Below, piece after piece: positions 11,101 to 16,925 of a stretch of 64,000 nt of DNA. The translations under genes were made by a program, and so were the position numbers. Numbering within the stretch: position 1 is the stretch's first letter; each line of letters starts with the position of its first letter. The DNA is taken from the NCBI GenBank assembly GCA_020341815.1, contig CP070837.1, forward strand, positions 628,211 to 692,210, written 5' to 3'. The stretch comes from Candidatus Omnitrophota bacterium. GTDB taxonomy: Bacteria > Omnitrophota > Gorgyraeia > JAFGHF01. A model generated the notes under the pieces. The model saw nothing but the letters and a program-made list of their open reading frames with translations, had not been told where the DNA came from and made no database searches.

Positions 11101-13953
11101 GGAATAACCGACTTCCGACCATACTCCTGAATTATTTTTAGCCTTAACTCCAAAGAAATAAGTTTTATCATTAACCAGACTTAATCCGGCGGTTACATAA
11201 TTTAACTTTCCGGTCGATGTCCAATCTCTAATTAGAGCGCCTTCTTTACTGCCTTCGGTAATTTTATATTCATATTTACAAATGTCTGCTTCTTCATTCT
11301 CTGATGTCCAGGAGGCATAAAGCTGGCCCGTATTTTTGATAGATTCGCCTTCATCGCTTACTACAGGAGTGCCCGGCTGGGGGCGGTCGTATAAACCGCT
11401 ATGTCGCGAGTCATGCTGAAGCATCGGCCAGGGTATAGGGGCTCTTTCTCCCTGAGATTGGGCCGGAACAAAATCGTTACCGTCTTTATCAAGATAATAA
11501 AGCCTGCCATTGTCCGTACCGAACAAGAGCTCTAAATTACCGTCTCCATCCAAATCGGCAATAGCAAAAGAAGATGTTACAGAAATACCTTCGCGTTTCC
11601 ATATCAATCGGCCGGCCTTATCTATGCAATATAAGTTTTTATCCTCAGAGCCTATTAATATCTCAGGGCTTCCGTTGCCATCTAAGTCGGCTATGACCGG
11701 AGAGCTATAACATATCCGGCCATCGGTTTTGTATTTCCATCTTGGCTTACCGTCTTTGGTTATGCAGTGTAGATTCTTATCCGTTGAGCCCGTCAAAACC
11801 TCACAAGCGCCATCGCCATCCAAATCTGCGACAGCAAAATCGGTAGTAAGAGAACCTTTGGTGCCGCTATAAGTCCATAACAGCCTGCCGGTTTTGTCTA
11901 TACAATGGACCTGATGCCCTGCCCCAACTATTATCTCAAGATTACCATCGTTATCTAAATCTGCTACGCTGGGAGAAGAACGGATATGCCCTTCAGTTTT
12001 ATATTCCCACACTAATTTGCCGGAGCTGTCTATGCAATAAAAATAGCCGTAATCCGAGCCGATAAACACCTCTGCTCTGCCGTCGCCGTCTATATCGGCT
12101 ATCGCCGGTGAAGAAAAATGGATTGACCAGTCAAACTTATATTTCCACAATAATTTTCCGGAGCTGTCTATGCAATATAAATTATTATTATCTGAGCCCG
12201 CCAATATTTCCGTTTCACCGTCTCCGTCTAAATCTCCTACGGCGGCAGAAGAAGAAAACCCGGCGTAATTACCGGTTTCATATTCCCATACCAGCCGGCC
12301 GTCTTTATCTATGCAATAGAAGCCAATATCCCACAATCCGTCTGAGCCGACCAATACCTCCAAATCGCCGTCATCATCTAAATCCGCTGCGGCAGGAGAA
12401 GAAACGAAACCACCAGGGTGAGGTAAACTATATTTCCATAGTAATTGGCTTTTTTCGCTGACACAATAAAGTTTGCCATCTCTTGAACCAAAGATTACTT
12501 CAATGCTGCCGTTATTATCTAAATCCGCTACTATCGGAGAAGACTCAATAATCGCATTGCTATAAGAATTAATATCGAAAGGCCCGCTGGTCTCGGCCGC
12601 CTTTAAAGTAATGCTGTCTGAGGCCTGAGCTACTACAATTCCCCGGCTATCAAAAAATCTGGCATAGACGGTCTTTTGGCCCTCACCCCAGGATAGCTCC
12701 CATGAAATGTGGTCAAATGAGTGGTTGTAATAAAAGGGCTTAGGCTCGGACCAACTCTTTTTATCGTTAGATAAACATACGGTTTTGATTCCCTTTTCCG
12801 AGTAACCGGGGTAAAACCTGACTAAGTTACCGGGAATAGAGAAAGTCAAGTTAACTAATACCGAGTCTGTATAAATGGCGGTGTCATTTATGGTAAAGCT
12901 AACCTGTCCGGGCGAAGGGGGACAGTTTTTAACTGTAACCGTTTTGTCTTTTAACATATAGATGTAGTAACCCCTGCAGGGCTGGAAAGAATCAAAGCTA
13001 TCGGTACGGGGATTATTAGAGAAGTATTCAAACTCCTTTGTCCTGCTATTAAAACGCGTAATGCAGGAGTAATCTATTTTGGGTTCTAAACCGGCTAAGG
13101 CCTCGGTTATGGGCTGGTTATATAAGTACGGCCAGCCTATTATATTCCAGCCTTTTTTGAGCTCAAAAGTAATATCTTCGGTTAACGGCTCTCCGAAGAA
13201 CCCAAATATGCCGTTGGAAAGCTGATTATAAGCCCAATATCCTTTTCCAACGACCAGGTCTTTAAGATCACTGTATTTTTCGCACCCCAGCTTAAAATGC
13301 TTCCAGGGATCAACGGCATTGGAGGGTTTAAATTCCCAGATATCCTGTATATGGCTTCTTGTTCTTTTGAAAGGGTACATCTTTTCAAATTCAGAGTATT
13401 TGGGAACCAGAGGTATTGCAATAAGGCTGAGCCCGGAGCCTCCGGTAGAAAAAGAGACAAGCTTGCCTTCGGGGTCTGTTATTATAGGAAAGGGGTCAAA
13501 ACTACTCCGGCTGGAATCGAAAGGCTCTTCAGGAGGCGGGATTGAAGCCGAAGAAAGGCCTAACAAGTCAACTCGAATTGCCTGGCCGCTCTTAAACACA
13601 GCCTGTTTTTGGCGCTTTACTCCATTAATATAGAAAGTGATAGTCTCGCCTTCCGAGGCCCCTTCATCTTCGGGCGTAGCCGGGTCATCGGCGCGACAGG
13701 TCAAGAAGCCGTAACGGCCGTCTTCTGTTGCGGTAACTTCGCCTACAATATTTCCCTGGGAATCTTTGGCAGTGATAATACTGCCGGCTTTTAATGTTCC
13801 GTAAGCTTCTTCTTCGCCGTAGAAATCGCAGGCAAAAGGCGGGATGATTGAGGATAAATCGGCTTGCGTCTTCCTGACTAAAGACAGGGTGAAGAATAAT
13901 ATTAAAAGGCTGTACCCCAGTAGGATACAGCCGCCTCTTACTTTACCCAACAT
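5104..13953 (-). CDS. giant secreted multi-domain repeat protein (2949 aa): signal peptide, about 8 PQQ/BamB-like beta-propeller blades, fibronectin-III/Ig-like domains, and three to four modules each of an SbsA-Ig-like domain plus about 7 FG-GAP (integrin-alpha type) repeats
   Basis: ORF-track translation. Blades SSPA(I/V)ADLDGDG..E(V/I)..GS.D..LYCID..G.L.W.Y occur 8 times. FG-GAP units FG.SVASAGDVN.DG(Y/F)(S/A)DV(I/V)VGA...GKAYIYFGG occur about 21 times. A repeated module NP.(V)(I/L)D....(I/V)E(L/V)(T/S)Y(N/S)EEVIGAL..NYSI.P.LG occurs 4 times. TAA at 5104-5106 is 12 nt before the downstream ATG, so the two genes are translationally coupled. Confidence 0.85.
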   Translation of the reverse strand: MLGKVRGGCILLGYSLLILFFTLSLVRKTQADLSSIIPPFACDFYGEEEAYGTLKAGSIITAKDSQGNIVGEVTATEDGRYGFLTCRADDPATPEDEGASEGETITFYINGVKRQKQAVFKSGQAIRVDLLGLSSASIPPPEEPFDSSRSSFDPFPIITDPEGKLVSFSTGGSGLSLIAIPLVPKYSEFEKMYPFKRTRSHIQDIWEFKPSNAVDPWKHFKLGCEKYSDLKDLVVGKGYWAYNQLSNGIFGFFGEPLTEDITFELKKGWNIIGWPYLYNQPITEALAGLEPKIDYSCITRFNSRTKEFEYFSNNPRTDSFDSFQPCRGYYIYMLKDKTVTVKNCPPSPGQVSFTINDTAIYTDSVLVNLTFSIPGNLVRFYPGYSEKGIKTVCLSNDKKSWSEPKPFYYNHSFDHISWELSWGEGQKTVYARFFDSRGIVVAQASDSITLKAAETSGPFDINSYSNAIIESSPIVADLDNNGSIEVIFGSRDGKLYCVSEKSQLLWKYSLPHPGGFVSSPAAADLDDDGDLEVLVGSDGLWDIGFYCIDKDGRLVWEYETGNYAGFSSSAAVGDLDGDGETEILAGSDNNNLYCIDSSGKLLWKYKFDWSIHFSSPAIADIDGDGRAEVFIGSDYGYFYCIDSSGKLVWEYKTEGHIRSSPSVADLDNDGNLEIIVGAGHQVHCIDKTGRLLWTYSGTKGSLTTDFAVADLDGDGACEVLTGSTDKNLHCITKDGKPRWKYKTDGRICYSSPVIADLDGNGSPEILIGSEDKNLYCIDKAGRLIWKREGISVTSSFAIADLDGDGNLELLFGTDNGRLYYLDKDGNDFVPAQSQGERAPIPWPMLQHDSRHSGLYDRPQPGTPVVSDEGESIKNTGQLYASWTSENEEADICKYEYKITEGSKEGALIRDWTSTGKLNYVTAGLSLVNDKTYFFGVKAKNNSGVWSEVGYSDGITVVSATEVVVDVTAPNICITSPDNNIIVDSSAITVSGTVDDATAQVTVNGQPASVSGTGFVASDISLVEGENTVVAVATDHAGNKGFAFVTVTLQTPCSAPTINPVKSPTNIVRQTISGRKSVDATQIIVTSPTATAGKVSFPTSLTWSCELTNLSEGENIIDVVASNISGNTSEAASTSIFVDTIGPRLNPVAQVIDEKNIELTYNEEVIGALRDANYSISPSLGTISAWPRDDNVYCLTTSAKSIAGINYTVTVENVTDLLGNPIDLNSNTATFVGTALGLPTLLVTMVGKEYKEDKFGSSVASAGDVNGDGFADVLVGAPGFHYQGKAYLYFGGPSMDEIADVAFTRKSRDDFGYSVASCGDINGDGYADVVIGAPGAKNENLDFPHDNSGKAYIYFGGPAMDDIADMILVGEQYAERFGYSVAPVGDINGDGYDDLAVGAPFWHYMKIGKVYIYYGGPSMDNLADVVLEGEKGGDRFGRSVSCAGDVNDDGFPDVIVGAPAGSGKAYIYFGGPAMDNEADFTIEEEDSDRDFGCSVASCGDVNNDGFSDFVIGRPNSNGKAYIYFGGPLMDTVADVIMDDEKNMYDEFGYSVASAGDVNNDGFSDIIVGAPEYHSEPDVFSPKPGKAYIYFGGTSMDNSADATIVKEVVENVLGAYLGCSVATAGDINGDGFDEFIIGASEVGSGEAYIYTLAPIPPGLFPLARVIDAKNVEVSYNEEVIGADAGNNYCIAPDLGVITVLDKGDNTYLLTTELTQESGESYAINVTGVTDVDGIPLDPNYSQATFIGYDSSSVPCVDSFQVFDRDTKDAGYTDSSIIGVSITESDPDGRIAAWLINEESKKPPAADFVLTNKPVTYSIAGGEGSRALYAWVMDADGNISELSANSQAVIVLDTTAPKVKIISPANDSLLSTSGITVSGSISDVTATSVTVNNVEATVENGQFIVNGLVLQQGANIIAAAAEDLVGHTASDNITVILDTTPPSPPAVIDDGDFTMFLSGLHASWSSSDLESGIKEYRYAIGTRPGGMDVIDWTSAGTDTKVTRSDLVLKHGRTYYWTVVAINEVGLESEPGISDGIEPSLAMARTWITEPAYGQTIYGDVMVKVNAVANLGVMRVEFYLDEELQYTDTSFPYEWDWFIVKTPPGVHTLKVLACDIMGNIAVDQIMVIVAEADTLPPQLLSPARLIDEHTIELTYSEEVIGALNPANYSITPDLLLIDILDEGNNTYHLLTDKQIPLTTYTIIANNVTDLSGNLIHPEYKFATFISKIIGSLNLTVSLQGEEGGDYFGHSVASAGDVNADGYSDVIVGTESNKAYIYFGGSSMDDLPDVTMAEGEEASDYFGHSVASAGDVNADGYSDVIVGTESNKAYIYFGGPSMDNLPDVTMIGRDGDWDTFGCSVASAGDVNGDGYDDVIVGAKKSSYKNYYSTYSMGIGKAYLYFGGPSMDNLPDVTMAGEGKYDYFGQSVASAGDVNADGYSDVIVGADSAGSDGKAYIYFGGPSMDNLPDVTMIGRDGDRDTFGCSVASAGDINADGYSDVIVGAQRAENAEGNNVGKAYIYFGGPSIDNLPDVTMAGEYLWDYFGCSVSCAGDVNGDGYSDVIVGADNTDDNRAGSKAYIYFGGPSIDNLPDVTMADEDKYDHFGRFVASAGDVNGNGASEVIIGAHGADEKDGEKNINIGKAYVYSFRFPPPKLNPEVCVLDAHDVEISYTQRVLGALKSENYEISPNLGEVIITEQGNNTYRLTTSLAQMPEEFYIIKVNGISDTAGVSLAQGYNQASFYGYNDGVDNTPPSAPIVTDDGRRTSSRTTLYARWSSQDAESGIIEYEYGIGSTFDGAELIRDVLDWTSAGMETEIMCADLDLSYNTTYYFVVRAKNGVGLWSKPGMSDGITVDKAFAQISNIVFPKDNISRAKEPVSISVEAAEPGEELLEYQFLIDGAPKRSWGSSPNFVWTPGLGEVGLHTVQIQVRNSDGQISTVEKEIYIFRKAIQPPTP

Positions 13954-13962
13954 AACAGCCTA

Positions 13963-13991
13963 ATTTTAGCAAAAATTTGTAGTTATGTCAA
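13963..13991 (-). promoter_or_regulatory. sigma70-type promoter for the giant gene: TTGACA-17-TAAAAT with an A-tract UP-like element; predicted start site only about 3 nt before the ATG (near-leaderless)
   Basis: Minus strand reads AAAAAAGTTGACAtaactacaaatttttgcTAAAATtaggctgttATG. There is no Shine-Dalgarno sequence. Confidence 0.55.
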
Positions 13992-14033
13992 CTTTTTTGT
14001 CTAAGAAAATGGGGGGCTTTCAGGGTGGGGTTT

Positions 14034-14279
14034 CTAATGGATAGTGCGGAGTTTCTTGCCATCGGGACTGAAGATATAACAGAGGTAATTCGAACTGCCG
14101 CCTGCATTATAGTTCTTATGCAAAACAACCGAGCATCCTATATCCTTCTGGTCGTTTGAATCCTGGATTACGCTCTCAACCTTGACGTTAATACCATATT
14201 TTGCCGCAGACAGGTCCTCCGCATATGCCAGTTGAATGTTAAAGCTCAGCAGTAATATAATTATGAGTATCTTTCTCAT
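14034..14279 (-). CDS. small secreted protein (81 aa, signal peptide MRKILIIILLLSFNIQLAYA, 2 Cys), co-transcribed after the HD-GYP regulator
   Basis: ORF with a clear signal peptide; only 1 nt separates it from the upstream stop codon. No recognisable domain. Confidence 0.5.
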   Translation of the reverse strand: MRKILIIILLLSFNIQLAYAEDLSAAKYGINVKVESVIQDSNDQKDIGCSVVLHKNYNAGGSSNYLCYIFSPDGKKLRTIH

Positions 14280-14280
14280 C

Positions 14281-15258
14281 TTAACAGGCCCTGTCTTTCC
14301 TTAAGATTTTTATAAATATTCTTACTATGTGGGGATCGAATTGCGTGCCGCTGCATCTGCGTAACTCCTTGATGGCCTCCAGTGGGCTTAAGGCTTTTCT
14401 GTAAGGCCGCGGAGAAATCATTGCCTCATAGGCATCAGCCACAGCCAGGATACGCGCATAGAGGGGAATTTCTTCACCCTTTAAGTGGTCGGGATAGCCC
14501 TTGCCATCGTAGCGCTCATGATGATGGCGAATCATTGACTGCTCAATATGCAGTACCTGAATAGGCTCAAGAAACCCCTCTCCAATCTGTGTATGCTTCT
14601 TAACTTCCGCCCACTCCTGGGGATTGAGCTTAGAGGGTTTGTTCAGAATTGACTCGGCTATGCCTACCTTGCCGATATCATGCAAAAGGGCCGCTTCCCT
14701 CATCACCTCTTGCTCATCTGCTGACAATCCCAACTCCTGGGCGATTTTTACCGCATATTCACTTACCTTCTTGGAGTGTTTGCGGGTATAGGGGTCTCTG
14801 GCCCCTAAGATTCTATTCAGCACCTTTAAGGTAGATAGGTAATTTTTGGTAATTACGTCCTCCGGAGAAGGCAGGGTTTTTGGCGCCTTGGCTCCTCCGG
14901 AAAGGCTGTTGGCAATAATGGCCCTTAATTCATAGAAGTTCAGCGGCTTGGCAATGAAGTCATCTGCCCCCAGCTTTAAGGCCTCGATAGCGGTCTTATG
15001 CGTGCCCACCCCGGTAATCACAATTACCGGTAAAGAGACATCAATCTGCTTAATCTCCTTGAGCACGGTTATACCGTCTATATCCGGCAGGCGCACATCC
15101 AGAACTACCAGATGAGGCTTATGCTGCTTTACTATCTGCAAACACTCCCTGCCGGAATATGCGGTCAGGACCTCATAGGTGTCTTTGAGCATAATGCGGA
15201 ACGAGTCCGTTACCATAGGCTCGTCATCGGTCACTAATATCTGCTTTCTCTCTTCCAT
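14281..15258 (-). CDS. response regulator with receiver domain and HD-GYP c-di-GMP phosphodiesterase domain (RpfG-like)
   Basis: ILVTDDEP receiver N-terminus; HD-GYP motifs HDIGK and HHERYDGKGYP. The track's GTG start at 15282 is probably too long. ATG at 15258 follows AGGAAG at proper spacing and gives a typical receiver start, MEERKQILVTDDE. Confidence 0.85.
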   Translation of the reverse strand: MEERKQILVTDDEPMVTDSFRIMLKDTYEVLTAYSGRECLQIVKQHKPHLVVLDVRLPDIDGITVLKEIKQIDVSLPVIVITGVGTHKTAIEALKLGADDFIAKPLNFYELRAIIANSLSGGAKAPKTLPSPEDVITKNYLSTLKVLNRILGARDPYTRKHSKKVSEYAVKIAQELGLSADEQEVMREAALLHDIGKVGIAESILNKPSKLNPQEWAEVKKHTQIGEGFLEPIQVLHIEQSMIRHHHERYDGKGYPDHLKGEEIPLYARILAVADAYEAMISPRPYRKALSPLEAIKELRRCSGTQFDPHIVRIFIKILRKDRAC

Positions 15259-15292
15259 CTTAGCTTCCTTTCTTATCTCCACCTATATAAAT

Positions 15293-15309
15293 AAGCAACT
15301 TTCGTGCCA
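15293..15309 (-). promoter_or_regulatory. sigma54 (RpoN) promoter: TGGCACG-N4-TTGCT, exact -24/-12 consensus, start site about 25 nt upstream of the HD-GYP regulator ATG
   Basis: Minus strand reads TTGGCACGAAAGTTGCTT. An NtrC-family sigma54 activator gene lies immediately upstream. Confidence 0.7.
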
Positions 15310-15341
15310 AAAAAAGGCCATCGGTTTAACAACGGATGGCC
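15309..15341 (-). terminator. intrinsic terminator of the kinase/sigma54-activator operon; its U-tract runs directly into the sigma54 -24 element
   Basis: Minus strand reads GGCCATCCGTTGTTAAACCGATGGCC (10 of 11 stem pairs) followed by TTTTTTT. Confidence 0.5.
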
Positions 15342-15459
15342 TAACCTGTCTTTCGTACATAACATCTTTATTTCCAAGCACTTATACAATAAAGTATCCT
15401 AAAAAACTGTTTTGTTGTCTATCATCCTTCCTGTCTACACTCTTGTTTTAGTCTCTTTA

Positions 15460-15479
15460 CCTGTACATTTTTGTACAGG
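15460..15479. promoter_or_regulatory. perfect palindrome CCTGTACA-TTTT-TGTACAGG about 150 bp upstream of the sigma54 promoter: candidate enhancer-binding-protein upstream activating sequence (UAS), or a weak terminator hairpin
   Basis: 8-bp inverted repeat with a 4-nt spacer, 2 nt after the stop of the sigma54-activator gene. Confidence 0.4.
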
Positions 15480-15481
15480 TC

Positions 15482-16900
15482 TTACAATTCTGTACTCTCT
15501 TTCCCCTTAATTCCCAGGGTGTCTATCTTGTATTTCAAGACACGGCGAGTAATGCCTAAGTCCTGGGCCGCCTTAGTAAGCACCCAATTGGCCTTATCCA
15601 GGGCCTTGGTAATCATATCTTTCTCCACCCTCTCCACGGCCTGAGATAAAGATAGTGTTTCGCCTCCCAGGGCATTCAGGATACCTCCCTCGGCTCCGAC
15701 CGAAGCCGTAGGCGCAGGCTCTGCTTTGCTCCCGCGAATATCCATCGGCAGGTCCTCAACAAGGATAGTTTCACGATTAGCCAACGTCAAAACCCGCTCA
15801 ATAATGTTCTCCAGCTCTCGCACATTGCCCGGCCAGGAATAAGCGCTTAATGCTACCAGGGCTTCAGGGGCAATGGCCTTTGCCTTTGACTGCATCTCTT
15901 TGCTGTACTTATCTAAAAAATAGCTGACTAAAAGGGGGATGTCTTCCTTCCTTTCCCTTAAAGGGGCAAGAGGTATAGGCACTACATTAATGCGGTAATA
16001 GAGATCCTTGCGGAAGGTGCCCTCTTTAACTGCCTTTTTTAAATCACGGTTAGTAGCCACAATCAACCTCACATCCACATTGATGGGTTTATTGCCCCCC
16101 ACGTGTGTTGTCTCCTGCTGCTCCAGGGCGCGCAGGATTTTGGCCTGGATGCCTGAGCTCATCTCTCCGATCTCATCCAGAAATAAGCTGCCTCCATTGG
16201 CCAATTCGAACTTTCCCAGCTTGCGGGAAGTGGCATCGGTAAAGGCGCCTTTTTCATGCCCGAATAGCTCACTTTCCAGCAAGGTCTCCGGGATAGCCGC
16301 ACACTGCACCACTACAAAGGGCTTATCCTTGCGCGAGCTGGTAAAATGGATAGCCCTGGCCATAAGCTCTTTGCCGGTTCCGCTCTCACCGGTAATCAAG
16401 ACCGTGGATTTTGTCGCCGCCACCTTCTCCATTAGAGAAAGGGCCTTTTGCATGGCTTTACTCTTGCCCACCATATTGCTCAAGCCGTATCTCTGCTTAA
16501 ACTCACCGCGTAAATACTCCAGCTCCTGAAGCAGGGCCCGGCTTTGCATTGCTTTGTGCACAACCAGATTGGCCTCATTTAACTCAAAAGGCTTGGAGAT
16601 ATAGTCAAAGGCACCTAACTTCATCGCCTCTACCGCGGTCTTGAGGCTTTTGGTGGCTGTAATCATAATAACGGTTATAGTGTCGTCAATCTCTCTGATT
16701 CTATGTAAGGCCGCCATTCCATCCATCTCGGGCATAATGATATCCAGAAGCACAAGTTGGATATTGTCCTCACTAATAATCTTTAAGCCCTCTTTGGCGC
16801 TGGCGGCACATAAAACCTCATAATCATCCTTGAGTATTTGACGAAAGGCCTCAAGACTTCCCATCTCATCATCAATAATAAGAATCCGCTGCTTGGGCAT
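15482..16900 (-). CDS. sigma54-dependent Fis-family response regulator (receiver + AAA+ sigma54-interaction domain + HTH; NtrC/AtoC-like)
   Basis: MPKQRILIIDDE receiver, GESGTGKE Walker A, GAFTDA sigma54-contact motif, C-terminal Fis-type HTH. Confidence 0.9.
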   Translation of the reverse strand: MPKQRILIIDDEMGSLEAFRQILKDDYEVLCAASAKEGLKIISEDNIQLVLLDIIMPEMDGMAALHRIREIDDTITVIMITATKSLKTAVEAMKLGAFDYISKPFELNEANLVVHKAMQSRALLQELEYLRGEFKQRYGLSNMVGKSKAMQKALSLMEKVAATKSTVLITGESGTGKELMARAIHFTSSRKDKPFVVVQCAAIPETLLESELFGHEKGAFTDATSRKLGKFELANGGSLFLDEIGEMSSGIQAKILRALEQQETTHVGGNKPINVDVRLIVATNRDLKKAVKEGTFRKDLYYRINVVPIPLAPLRERKEDIPLLVSYFLDKYSKEMQSKAKAIAPEALVALSAYSWPGNVRELENIIERVLTLANRETILVEDLPMDIRGSKAEPAPTASVGAEGGILNALGGETLSLSQAVERVEKDMITKALDKANWVLTKAAQDLGITRRVLKYKIDTLGIKGKESTEL

Positions 16901-16925
16901 CTGTTTCCTCCTTGAGCTGGTTAAT

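Noticed and set aside
2114-13794. Numerous 60-200-aa plus- and minus-strand ORFs in the track lying inside the two giant genes (for example 2114-2719, 5977-6519, 10538-11107, 12108-12461)
   Set aside because: They are alternative frames or antisense of long, coherent repeat-domain reading frames. They are low-complexity, repeat-derived and have no RBS, so they are spurious.
15259-15282. Track N-terminal extensions (HD-GYP GTG start 15282; phd 26522-26560; smpB 61776-61838; recA 52371-52439; cinA 52525-52548; PilZ-ACP 24489-24569; lepA 31828-31950)
   Set aside because: Internal starts have proper RBS and conserved N-termini. The extensions overlap promoters or upstream genes.
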